Positions 11,941 to 24,829 of a DNA stretch of 64,000 nt are shown here, one piece after another. The notes below the pieces were generated by a model. That model saw nothing but the letters and a program-made list of their open reading frames with translations, ran no database searches and was not told the DNA's origin. Each line of letters begins with the position of its first letter. Within the stretch, counting starts at the first letter, position 1. This stretch comes from Octopus bimaculoides (Eukaryota): positions 28,550,991-28,614,990 of the forward strand of contig NC_068987.1 in the NCBI RefSeq assembly GCF_001194135.2, in the 5' to 3' direction. The position numbers and the translations under genes are program-made.

Positions 11941-13159
11941 ACAATCTTGCATGATAGCATCCACTGAACAATAATAGATAATCGTCTAGCTGCTCTTCTG
12001 GTTTTTGTAACGCAAATCACATAACTGAGCAGACATATAATTTAGAGCATTGTGTTGAGATTCATATGCTACTTTTAAGCTTTTTCCTTTTCCATATGAG
12101 CTTCATTTCTTTTCACCATATACAGGTGCCTACTGTGGCTAAGGTACAGTCTTAAGATCATTTCTACTTACAGTTTTGTATTCAGCGGCTTAGTTCATAG
12201 AATACTAAGATCATTTTAACAAGCAGTCCGTATAAATCTCTATCACGATGTGGTGATGCGCAAAGAAGCCTTCGTTATTTAGCGTTTCTCTATTTTGAAT
12301 AGACAGTGTTCAGTTTTGATTTGGGACAAAAATTATCTCATCAATAATTTATTGCAAATAAAGATCGTTTCTAATGCATATTCGACATTAAAGGTAAGTC
12401 TTGCTTATTTTTAAAGAACGACCGTATGCAAAGATATATGTATGTAAGTATATATATGCATATGTATATATATANNNNNNNNNNNNNNNNNNNNNNNNNN
12501 NNNNNNNNNNNNNNNNNNNNNNNNNNNNNNNNNNNNNNNNNNNNNNNNNNNNNNNNNNNNNNNNNNNNNNNNNNNNNNNNNNNNNNNNNNNNNNNNNNNN
12601 NNNNNNNNNNNNNNNNNNNNNNNNNNNNNNNNNNNNNNNNNNNNNNNNNNNNNNNNNNNNNNNNNNNNNNNNNNNNNNNNNNNNNNNNNNNNNNNNNNNN
12701 NNNNNNNNNNNNNNNNNNNNNNNNNNNNNNNNNNNNNNNNNNNNNNNNNNNNNNNNNNNNNNNNNNNNNNNNNNNNNNNNNNNNNNNNNNNNNNNNNNNN
12801 NNNNNNNNNNNNNNNNNNNNNNNNNNNNNNNNNNNNNNNNNNNNNNNNNNNNNNNNNNNNNNNNNNNNNNNNNNNNNNNNNNNNNNNNNNNNNNNNNNNN
12901 NNNNNNNNNNNNNNNNNNNNNNNNNNNNNNNNNNNNNNNNNNNNNNNNNNNNNNNNNNNNNNNNNNNNNNNNNNNNNNNNNNNNNNNNNNNNNNNNNNNN
13001 NNNNNNNNNNNNNNNNNNNNNNNNNNNNNNNNNNNNNNNNNNNNNNNNNNNNNNNNNNNNNNNNNNNNNNNNNNNNNNNNNNNNNNNNNNNNNNNNNNNN
13101 NNNNNNNNNNNNNNNNNNNNNNNNNNNNNNNNNNNNNNNNNNNNNNNNNNNNNNNNNNN

Positions 13160-13200
<41 letters not shown>

Positions 13201-13682
13201 AATACACCTACACAAGAACATATGCACACACACACACATATACAAATGAAAGTCGAATTTATAAGTTTTAGAAAACCAAATAAAATACATATTTTATGAA
13301 ATACCTTTTAAATATGAAGAACTTGAATCTAAACATTCCATATTATAAAATCTACACAGGCACAACCCCACACCGACCACTCTATGACTAGAAAACAGAA
13401 ACATTTAATTTTCATGTGTAACCTTTCAAAGTCTTCTTTATATTTCTTATATGTTCCCTATTAATAAGCTTTCAAGATTTTATAACATTCACTCATATTC
13501 CTCTCACCGTTAAATTGAAAATTATAGTACAAATTTTAAATATATTGTTTGCTTTCTCAGAAGCACGCAAGTCGATATAGCTGTTAAATTGCAGTAAAAC
13601 AATTATGAAGTATATATATATATTTGTGTTCATACAAACGGAGGAACACACAAATATACACGTATAACGCTCAAACATACTG

Positions 13683-13721
<39 letters not shown>

Positions 13722-14207
13722 ACGTATGTATATGCATACGTATGTATATGTATAAATATGACACAATTATGTGAACCATCGAAGATTTTAATATATATCC
13801 ATGATAAAAGCTGTGAATGAAGCTATACAAATATCTATCTATCTATCTATCTATCTAAGTGTCTATCAATCTAACTCTCTGTCTCTCTATCTCTCCATCT
13901 GTCAAGCTAGCGCTGTTTATATTTACAAACATATATGTGTGTGTGTGCTTTTATATTATATGCATATTGACATGTGTGCGCGTGCTTGTGAATGACTATG
14001 TATGCATGCACATATAAACATGTATATAGATGCATATATATATGTCTATATATATATACGTATATACGTATATACGCGTGTGTGTGTGTGTGTGTAGTGA
14101 GATAGATATTCACATATATATGCATATATATTTATATATGTATACATATATATATACACATGTATAATATTTATATAGATATATATATATATATATATAT
14201 ATTTATG

Positions 14208-14242
<35 letters not shown>

Positions 14243-14846
14243 TTGTGCGTATATGTGTACATATATATATATGCCTATTTGTGTTTGTAGGAGATATGGT
14301 TTCGAACAGAAATGCTATTTAGAAATTGAAGGCGTGAAAACTGGAACCTGGTTTCCTTGGCCACCTGAAACATTACATAATGGATGGGATTGAGTATGTC
14401 ACTTCGTATATTACGTGAATGAATTCTTTAAAATCTATCTCTTAATTGATATTCTGTATAAAAATATTGTTACTGATAATCAATTAGCTGTAAAGAATAA
14501 AATTCGAGGCAATACATATTCCGTAGGACAAGTATCTATCAGAATTGTTTCAAACATATTTCAGCGTGTCTAAATTAGTTAACCTAATATGATTTGATGA
14601 TTAGTTGTCAACATTATTTTAGGTTGGCGTTAAGAAATTCCTTTGTAGAAGTGTTTTATTCATAATCGTTATGACAGATAATAAGCTTCCTCATCTGTTT
14701 AATTTACTGTGTTAATAAAAGCTTGCTAATGACCAGCAATTAATTCACATATACGTCCGAACAATGGCGTGCATTATAGATTTTAATTTTCACTATTTAT
14801 GTACGTGTGTGAGCCTGTGTATTTGTGTTTCTGCATGTTTCTATGT

Positions 14847-14883
<37 letters not shown>

Positions 14884-16367
14884 NNNNNNNNNNNNNNNNN
14901 NNNNNNNNNNNNNNNNNNNNNNNNNNNNNNNNNNNNNNNNNNNNNNNNNNNNNNNNNNNNNNNNNNNNNNNNNNNNNNNNNNNNNNNNNNNNNNNNNNNN
15001 NNNNNNNNNNNNNNNNNNNNNNNNNNNNNNNNNNNNNNNNNNNNNNNNNNNNNNNNNNNNNNNNNNNNNNNNNNNNNNNNNNNNNNNNNNNNNNNNNNNN
15101 NNNNNNNNNNNNNNNNNNNNNNNNNNNNNNNNNNNNNNNNNNNNNNNNNNNNNNNNNNNNNNNNNNNNNNNNNNNNNNNNNNNNNNNNNNNNNNNNNNTA
15201 TATATATATATATATATATATCCGTTTGTATGTATGTATATGCATGTGTAACAAAGAGAATGAAAACGTCGCTTCTAATGCTGCATTGCTATCTATATTT
15301 TATGTACAGGTGTTACGTGAAAATTTGCAAACCTGAATTACAAGGACACATAACCTCAGTTACGTAAACAATGTTTGGGGTTTGTCATTAAGTTTCGAAA
15401 CCAAGAAATAATGACAAAAATAAACCCGGGCAATCATGGAATACACTCTAGACCATTTTCAGGTTATGCTGAAAATATAAATAAAAGAAGAGTAAAAGAA
15501 CTAACAAATCGTCATTTCTGTAACGGACAGTAACGAGGTCTTTCTGTAAAGTTGTTTCTCGTAACGAGTCAAATTAAATCTGCCAATCGGTTTTAATCTG
15601 GTATAGTGTAACAAATGCATTATGCGGTACCAAGTGGTATGGATAAGGCTGACGTCATTGTGCTTGTGTTTTTTACAGCTTAGTGTCTAAAAGGAAACGA
15701 GAAGAGGAAATAAGTCATCCAGTTCTCTGAGAACTCATATATTCCTACAAATGGTGTTAGAAATCTTGTCACAATACCGGTACCAAGTAGTAGTTTATGA
15801 TTTTCAAGACAAAATGTTTTATGCCCTAACAGCACACAAACAGCATATAATTTTGTAATTTATAATCATCTTCACTAGTATAAATTGAACATTCTAGGGA
15901 AATGTGAGGAACAGAAAATCAGTATTAAGTGGATGAGAAACAGAGAACAAGTGTGAGAGAATAAAAGGTACATACAGAGAAATATCATCCTCTGCATCTG
16001 TTTCAAAATTCTTCCACGATCCATAAATTATGTGTTTCAGTGACGTAAGCTTTATCACATTGATTGCCGGAAGACGTATATATATTTATATGCACACACA
16101 CGCGCGCGCACGTACACACGCGTGCACATATATATACTCATATACATATATAAGTATATATTTATATAAATATATATATTTATTTATATAAATTAGTTTT
16201 GTCAGTGTATTTACTGCGCTGATATCCTGTCCGGGATCGCACGAGAAGTTGTTTAGGCGGGCTATTTAAGCTAGTCGTGTGCATACGTGCATATATATGT
16301 ATGTATACGTCCGTATGTGTAAGTATACTGTTTATATACATGTATTTGTATTTATGTACTTGAGTAT

Positions 16368-16423
16368 ATTTCACTGATGAAGGCAGAGCATTTATGCAAA
16401 GCCAGAAATCCAGGATTTGAAAT
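16368..16423 (+). ncRNA. Minimal type I hammerhead ribozyme motif
   Basis: Stem I ATTTCA/TGAAAT; CTGATGA core at 16374-16380; stem II GGC...GCC; GAAA at 16405-16408; palindromic stem III ATCC-A-GGAT; cleavage triplet A-U-U. One extra A precedes GAAA. Confidence 0.6.
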
Positions 16424-17421
16424 TATCTTATTATTTTTACTGGTTTATTTGGTCTTCGTCTTCGCTAATCGTGCCTTGCGGACATTTATTGTGGTTTTGG
16501 AGTCAGGATTTGACTGCTATTTTTTCAGCGTGGTGGTATCTCTTGATACCCTGTATTATANNNNNNNNNNNNNNNNNNNNNNNNNNNNNNNNNNNNNNNN
16601 NNNNNNNNNNNNNNNNNNNNNNNNNNNNNNNNNNNNNNNNNNNNNNNNNNNNNNNNNNNNNNNNNNNNNNNNNNNNNNNNNNNNNNNNNNNNNNNNNNNN
16701 NNNNNNNNNNNNNNNNNNNNNNNNNNNNNNNNNNNNNNNNNNNNNNNNNNNNNNNNNNNNNNNNNNNNNNNNNNNNNNNNNNNNNNNNNNNNNNNNNNNN
16801 NNNNNNNNNNNNNNNNNNNNNNNNNNNNNNNNNNNNNNNNNNNNNNNNNNNNNNNNNNNNNNNNNNNNNNNNNNNNNNNNNNNNNNNNNNNNNNNNNNNN
16901 NNNNNNNNNNNNNNNNNNNNNNNNNNNNNNNNNNNNNNNNNNNNNNNNNNNNNNNNNNNNNNNNNNNNNNNNNNNNNNNNNNNNNNNNNNNNNNNNNNNN
17001 NNNNNNNNNNNNNNNNNNNNNNNNNNNNNNNNNNNNNNNNNNNNNNNNNNNNNNNNNNNNNNNNNNNNNNNNNNNNNNNNNNNNNNNNNNNNNNNNNNNN
17101 NNNNNNNNNNNNNNNNNNNNNNNNNNNNNNNNNNNNNNNNNNNNNNNNNNNNNNNNNNNNNNNNNNNNNNNNNNNNNNNNNNNNNNNNNNNNNNNNNNNN
17201 NNNNNNNNNNNNNNNNNNNNNNNNNNNNNNNNNNNNNNNNNNNNNNNNNNNNNNNNNNNNNNNNNNNNNNNNNNNNNNNNNNNNNNNNNNNNNNNNNNNN
17301 NNNNNNNNNNNNNNNNNNNNNNNNNNNNNNNNNNNNNNNNNNNNNNNNNNNNNNNNNNNNNNNNNNNNNNNNNNNNNNNNNNNNNNNTATATGCAAATAT
17401 ATGCATATATATATACATATA

Positions 17422-17457
<36 letters not shown>

Positions 17458-19092
17458 CATAATTAATGGATCAGCAACAGTTGCTTCACCATATTACCGA
17501 AGCTCAGAAATAGCAGCTAAAGTGGTGAAACTCCAACAGATAGTAATACTTGTAACTCACAAAGGCAAAACAAGGAAAAAAAATAATGAAACTAACCAGT
17601 CGTAGTTAATCATAGACGCGTCTCTGGCTTAGAAAAGTAAAACTTTTCATTTCCTCATCAGGATGACATTCCAGTTTTGAAAATTCGACGATATTGGCAA
17701 TTGTACATGCACGACCGAGCGCCATCGTGCATCTGCACAATAGGAACAGCATCTCCGATCTTACATAGGCCAGCCAGTTGTTATCCCTCCTCAAGAATTA
17801 CCATGTGCGTCACAAGGAATACCGCAGTAAATCTACGGTTTACTATAAGGGAGTGAATAATTATTACAAATAAAAGGGTAAAAGATTATCAATTTATTGA
17901 TGCATTAAAACATTAATAATTAATAATTTTTACCGAGCCCTTCGGTAACTGAAAAGTAAGTAGAAGACAAAATCAACCATAATGGACAGTACCTGCAGAT
18001 TTCTTATTATGAAGTCGAACGCTCTTTAACAAAGGCACTGTGCAAATTATACATGAAACAATTGGGAAGAATTATCGAACTTACAAGTAATATTTGATAA
18101 TGTAATCTTTCAGAAAAAGGAAATCCAAATATTTTCTCCCGTTCATTTTACGCCTAAGCTTGGCTAGTGTAGCACTCTTTATTGTACAGTAAGTTATGTT
18201 AGAATTTCAAGAAAATATGACAACCAAATATCAAAACACCATGATGTAGCATTATGAAGTCACTCAAGGCTGAAGATAAGAATTGTGAGCTCCCAAATAA
18301 ATTGGATGAATGTCTGCCAAATATAAATACTACGGAAAATGTTCAAGAATTTAAAAGGTGCTTCAGAGAAGCAACATATTCATAAGAAATACTTGGACTG
18401 CCTCATCATAATCCTAAGGATTGAATTAACGAGAATAACGTTCATTTTAAGTAGAAAAGAACATAGATTCAATGTGCAGCAGATGAGAAGCATATTAAAG
18501 TATGCTATCAAAGGTTGAAAATGGGTAGTCGACCTAAGCTAAGTGTTTCATTTTCTGTCAGCATTGTACATTGCTGACTGAAAAGCATATGACTTTACCA
18601 AGATAAAAAGAAGAATTAGAAACGATTTAAATTACGAGTTAATCAAATAACGGATTAAACACTTAAGGCATTCCTCATTTTCAAAGTTAACGTTGTAACA
18701 AATTAAATATTTTCTGGGAAATATTTGTAGATTACAAATATATTGTGAAAAGGAACTGTGACCACATTGTGTGTAATTGTTTTGTAGTTGTTTCTGCAAT
18801 ATAGAGTGTTGAACATGTTCTTTGAGACCTTAAGAAAGTCTCTGTACAAAACATACGCACTTTAGTAATTGTTACAGAAGGTACACTTTTCGGCATCTTA
18901 CCCGTAATTAATGTTTCCCCCAACAGGGGAAAACACACGATAGCATTCAAACGAAGACTATCACCCAAATGATTATAACAGGAACAATAGTTATAATAGG
19001 AAATAACACAAAAACAGTCAGTAGAAACTTGCACTTACTATACAGGTGCTCTGCAATAATAATTACCAATAAATCCAAACTCACACAGACGA

Positions 19093-19317
19093 AATACCTA
19101 TTTCGTTATTGCCCACAAGGAGCTAAACATAGAAGGAACAAACAAGAACAGACGAACGGATTAAGTCGATTACATCGACCCCAGTGCGTAACTGGTACTT
19201 AATTTATCGACCCCGAACGGATGAAAAGTAAAGTCGACCTCAGCGGAATTTGAACTCAGACGAAATACCGCTAAGCATTTCATTCGGTGTGCTAACGTTT
19301 CTGCCAGCTCGCCGCCA
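19093..19317 (-). mobile_element. SINE family B, well preserved with extended tail
   Basis: GTCGATTACATCGACCCCAGTGCGTAACTGGTACTTAATTTATCGACCCCGAA...GCGGAATTTGAACTCAGA...CTGCCAGCTCGCCGCC. Confidence 0.92.
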
Positions 19318-19920
19318 TATTGAGTGAATAATATTGCAAAATTCCGGGTTCTTTTGTGTTCCCACTTGTAAGTCGTAACTTAAGGTCGTTTTCTGCTGTT
19401 TGGTCTACTTTATCTCCATTTCATTTCGCTCTTATCTTATTCCTTGCTCCTTTTTTCTTCTATTCTACAATATTGAAAGTTTAATATTTGGCGATATTTC
19501 GGATTCTTCTGAAAGTGAAGTTACCCAACCATCAATGTGTAAGTGCTCTAATTTGCATTCGAATGCATATAAATGCGTTCGTTTTTCTGCGTATTGTATT
19601 TTTGCCGAGTAATACCGATGAATAAGACAGGTGACATTTACTCGAGAAACAAAGCTTATTTCCTCATGCAATTGGATTCTGTCAACATCACGAAACACAT
19701 GTACATTACATAAAACTTTGACACCGACTACGTCTGCTGAGTTTCTTTTCTTTTTCATATATGACGTACAAAATTTGCATCCTAAGACTTTGATAAGTCA
19801 ACCATTTCAGTTAAAAACCCTGTAATCGACTCCATGTTTTTATTTATACAACAAATACGGTGTTGAGTACTCATTCGTACTGTAAGATATTATGATATAT
19901 ATAAAATATTATTGTAAGTA

Positions 19921-19955
<35 letters not shown>

Positions 19956-21509
19956 CATATACGCATGTATACATGCATTCATACATACACGCATAAATAT
20001 CAACCTATCTACATACATGCAAACATACTTACTTACAAGCATACACACACACAGGAAACGCACACACGCACGCACATGCACACGCGCAGACTCACATACA
20101 CACTCAGATACTCACAGTATCACAAACATATATACAATTATAAGGTAAGGAGCAAATGTATAATTTTCACAAACGTTAATGATCTGCATCACTCGTGTTT
20201 GTTGCTCGTCTCTTGTCTAGTATTATGAGAAAATTATTACAGACTAACACCAAGTACTTTTGAGTTAACACATAATACATTTGACAAGATTATATTCTGC
20301 AAACGAAGTTTTCAAATTGACGAAACTTAATTGAATGATGCATGCCCATCGCTACATTTTAATGGCCAGTGTTGTCTCAGAGATCATACAGCTTTGTTCT
20401 ATAGTCTATAAAATTGCTAAGTTTTCCATTGAATACAACTAATATGGTTTTCACAAATTTAATTTTATTTCTCATTTAACTTGAGTTTGATCTTATTTAA
20501 ACTCGTAAATACGAGAATATGCAGAGATTATGAAAAGTAAAAGGTGACATGAACTAACCGGGTATTTTTCACCACTATTGCAGTTTGCAATATTCAATTT
20601 ACTGTGCTACAAATTATATGTCTAATTCACATCTGTCCCATCGACATAGCAAAGAGAAAAATGATGCATGTTTTCTTAATAAAAATGTTTATGCAGTTAC
20701 AAGACTTCGCATGTATTTCTTATCATGGTTTACTACTGAGTTGTTAAGGAATGTCTCAAGCATCAATTTGTGCTTTGGGAAACACCACCAATAATTTCTG
20801 TTTTTCCGACCGAAAGTTTCAATATATGATCTGTGATATATATATATATATATATAGTAACATGCGCTACATTTGGTCGCCTAAGAAACATACGGTAAAC
20901 AGGGAAAATATGCGCAAAGGACGTGGACACTCTAGCCCCTCATCAGTTATCGCCTAATAATCATCACAAGTTCGACTCATTATAGAGAATACTGTTCAAT
21001 TTCGCGGCGTTAAGAGGAAAAAAAGTTTATATAAAACAAATATGACGTACATAAACACACACGCACACACATGCATACATATACATGCACACACGATTAT
21101 AGTAAAAGACCGTTATGGAGGATAGATGGATCAGATAACAGCAAATATTGAGGCAAAAATAACTCGTTTGAACCTAAAAGAGGTAGGACTACAACATACG
21201 AATGAGGCGAATATATTACAGGGAAACCGATACATGTGACGCTGTTCAACAAAAAGAATGTAGTTTTTCAGTTTGGCAAAAGGAGAACACAAACGGGGAA
21301 AAAAACATGGATTAAAGATTGGGATACATGTTTTGTTGATTTATAACTGGGAAAACATGCAAAGTAAACGACGTGCGCGGTGTGAGAGACAAATTGAAAG
21401 AAATTTGGAATTGGTTCATTAGCAGTGCAGGAGAAATGAAGTTAGATGAAAGAGAAAATAAGTAAGTACAGAAAAAGGAAAGACTAAGTGTTAAGAAAAA
21501 TAGGAAGAG

Positions 21510-21510
<1 letters not shown>

Positions 21511-21555
<45 letters not shown>

Positions 21556-21752
21556 GAAGGAAGGAAGGAAGGAAGGAAGGAAGGAAGGAAGAAAGAAAGA
21601 AAGAAAGAAAGGAAGAAAGGAAGGAAGAAAGAAAGAAAGCACGAAATAAAGAAAGGAAGGAAGGAAGAAAGGAAGGAAGAAAGAAAGAACGAAAGAAAGA
21701 ACGAAAGAAAGAAAGAAAGAAATAAATAAAGAAAGAAAGAAAGAAAGAACGA

Positions 21753-21787
<35 letters not shown>

Positions 21788-21820
21788 GAAGGAAGAAAGG
21801 AAGGAAGAAAGGAAGGAAAA

Positions 21821-21872
<52 letters not shown>

Positions 21873-21926
21873 ACGAAATAAAGAAAGGAAGGAAGAAAGA
21901 AAGAAAGAAAGGAAGGAAGAAAGGAA

Positions 21927-21966
<40 letters not shown>

Positions 21967-22035
21967 CAAAGAAACAAAGAAACAAGGAAAGAAAGAACGA
22001 AAGAAAGATAGAACGAAAGAAAGAACGAAAGAAAA
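21511..22035. repeat. (GAAA)n/(GGAA)n polypurine tract, about 525 bp
   Basis: Read directly; source of the F/L/S-rich spurious ORFs. Confidence 0.97.
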
Positions 22036-22291
22036 ATAGAATGACCACTTCTGTTTGAATGAAAAAATGAGAGTAAGGCAGGAGTTTGAGGAAGTGCGAA
22101 CTCGACAACGTTCGAATTGAGAAAGACAAAGTGAAGTAACCAAATGGTATTGGCCCAGCATTTCTCCATAGGTCAGTTATTACAGCATTTCTCCCAAGTG
22201 ACACTCAGGATGAAGAATTTAAAAATTGTTTTACGTAAAAAGTATCCGTAATCTTAATAGCAGTATTATATGTGTCATTATTAATGAAAAT

Positions 22292-22510
22292 AAAGGCAAC
22301 GAGCAAGCAGACCAATAGGACGTTGGACGAAATGATTAGTGGCACATTGTCCCTCTTTATGTTCTGAGTTCAAAATCTGTGGAGGTCCACTTTTCCTTCC
22401 TTCCTTCCTTTCGGAACCGATAAAATAAGTATCAATCAAGTGATGTTGTCAATATAATGGCGTTCACCCTTCCCTCAACAACTACTTGCCTTGTGCCAAA
22501 ATTTAAAACG
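22292..22510 (+). mobile_element. SINE family B
   Basis: GTTCTGAGTTCAAA B box, CGATAAAATAAGTA, GCCTTGTGCCAAAATTT. Confidence 0.8.
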
Positions 22511-22569
22511 ATTATTAACTACAATACATAGCATTATATTTCGATAACTCTGCGTTGACAATTGTAACT

Positions 22570-22596
22570 ATCATCATCGTCGTCGTCATCATCATA

Positions 22597-22629
<33 letters not shown>

Positions 22630-22654
22630 TTCATCATCTTCATCATCATCATCA
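22570..22654. repeat. (CAT)n microsatellite
   Basis: Read directly. Confidence 0.9.
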
Positions 22655-23259
22655 TTAGTGGTCTCATTGATGAAATTTCCTGTAAATGACAATCATTGTT
22701 TTGCTCCAGATCATCATTTAATCAATATTTTATCTAATTTCCGAAAAAGGATGAGTACAAATGTCCGAAAATTTTGCAGTCATCTCATCATTGGTGTCAA
22801 ATATCTGAACTAAGTATGTATTGACAATTATTATAAATAGTGTTGAAAACTTTATGTGTGAAATGTTGGGTCTATGTTATAAACACTGTAAATGTGAAAG
22901 TTCATTTATCTCTAGTAACGTATACTAAATCATAGGAAATATTTGTGACATTCGAGAAAAATATATCGTGTCACTTAGGTTGTATCTTACCGCAGTAATA
23001 TGTCAGCTGTTGTCTTGTAATCTCGTAGCAGTCCTTATCTAGTTGTCCTAAAGTAGTACTAGCCTATCGAAAGATGTCTTCTGGCATATACCCATCTTCC
23101 CAGTTATATGATGTCTTTATCTAAATGATATCTCTATTGCACACGTTGCAGTCTCCGACCTGCAGAGGTACCGTATTTTATCGTATATAGTGTGACAGTT
23201 TGGAGATTCTAAATTTATACACTCGAGACGGTTATTTATTTTTACAACAGCAGGTTCTG

Positions 23260-23460
23260 GTTGTAACTAAACAAAGCATTGAATCATGCATTTCAAAATC
23301 TTTATTTGTGCAAATGAGAACAGCGAGGTTAATGTTGTTTCTACGTGTGCTTCCAATGCTTTCTCATCTTAATGAGATAAATAGAGTTTTTAGTATCTTT
23401 TTGTGGAGTTAGGGAATGCCATATATGTTTCTGGAGATTAGGTCTGTTATTATTATGTAG
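23260..23460 (-). pseudogene. Possible decayed Penelope RT N-terminal fragment
   Basis: SRNIYGIP*LHKK resembles the Penelope LYGLPKIHK motif; downstream motifs not recovered. Confidence 0.25.
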
Positions 23461-23494
23461 TGACAGTGACTTTGATGTTGAAAGAAGTATATTG

Positions 23495-23702
23495 GTTTTA
23501 AATTTCGGAATAAGGCCAGCAACTTCAGTGGAGGGGCAAGTGGATTAAATCGATCCCAGTACTAAAGTGGTACTTATTTTTTCGACCTCAAAATGAGGAG
23601 AGGTAAAATCGACGTCGGCCGAATTTGGACTCAGAACGTAACGACGGACGAAATGACGCTAAACATTTTGCCCGCTGAGCTGATGACTCTACCAGCTCGG
23701 CC
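23495..23702 (-). mobile_element. SINE family B
   Basis: AAGGCCAGCAA...GTGGTACTTATTTT...CGAATTTGGACTCAGAACGTAACGACGGACGAAAT...CCAGCTCGGCC. Confidence 0.85.
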
Positions 23703-23736
23703 CTCTTCAATTAAATGAAGAGTATTGCGACAGTGT

Positions 23737-24069
23737 GGAGGCGCAATGGCCCAGTGGATAGGGTAGCGGACTCGCGGTCATAGGATCGCGGTTTCAATTC
23801 CCAGACCGGGCGTTGTGAGTGTTTATTGAGCAAAAACGCCTAAAGCTACACGAGGCTCCGGCAGGGGATGGTGGCAAACCCTGCTGTACTCTTTCACCAC
23901 AACTTTCTCTCACTCTTACTTCCTGTTTCTGTTGTGCCTGTAATTCAAAGGGTCAGCCTTGCCACACTGTGTCACGCTGAATATCCCCCGAGAACTACGT
24001 TAAGGGTACACGTGTCTGCGTATCAACTGGAACCCTTGAGGTCGTAAACGACGGAGTGCCAACAACAAC
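23737..24069 (+). mobile_element. SINE family C, with head, (AAC)n tail and 12-bp target-site duplication
   Basis: tRNA-like head with A and B boxes; tail CCAACAACAAC; TSD ATTGCGACAGTG (23724-23735) / ATTGCGACAATG (24070-24081). Confidence 0.92.
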
Positions 24070-24781
24070 ATTGCGACAATGAACTGCATGCCCATATGGT
24101 AAAAAATTAATTGATCATATTTTGTTATATACACACGCTTTGGATATTTTTGTTATGATGTGTAGTGCTATGATTTTTTTTTTCAGATGACTTGTGAAAA
24201 GAAAGGAAACCCAGAAGAGATTAGTAAAGTCCCAGTTAGATCTAACATATTGCAACAAACACTTTCTGAGCGTTACATGTTGGAGAAGTTGTGTTGAACT
24301 CCTTTGTAATATCCACAACACATACAATCAATAGTAGAGAAAAAAAGACCACGCAGGATCTTATTTATAGCCAACATAAAGAAACAATCACAATGAAGTA
24401 CGAACAATACGTTAAATCTAGCACAGACTATCCTAATCCAACCTGGATATATTGAAGTATATTGTATAGAGACCGCGCCTAAAGACCACTGGAGTTGTAT
24501 GGAAATCCTAATATATTTGTCTTTAGATTGACTGGCATGATTTTGTTGTTGATTGTGACGTTCAGCTGTATTTCATGTTGTCCAATAGGCTGGTGTATAT
24601 GTATATATACGCGTGCGTGCACATACAATTGTGTATATATGTGTATTTGTGTGTATTCGTGGGTGTGTGTGTATATGTATCTACGTGTCTGTGTATCTAC
24701 GTTTCTATGCATCTATGTGGCTATAAGTATATATATATATATGTGTGTGCTTACACACACATGGACACACACACACGCACG

Positions 24782-24813
<32 letters not shown>

Positions 24814-24829
24814 CGCACACACACATATA

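Noticed and set aside
18732-19758. Minus ORFs of 100 aa and 97 aa
   Set aside because: No motif support or convincing splice sites; at most decayed TE.
20905-20950. Minus-strand CTGATGAG-GGGC..GTCC-ACGTC as a hammerhead
   Set aside because: GAA of the second core is missing and stem I does not pair.
21312-22204. 225-285 aa F/L/S ORFs resembling membrane proteins
   Set aside because: Antisense translation of the (GAAA)/(GGAA) microsatellite.
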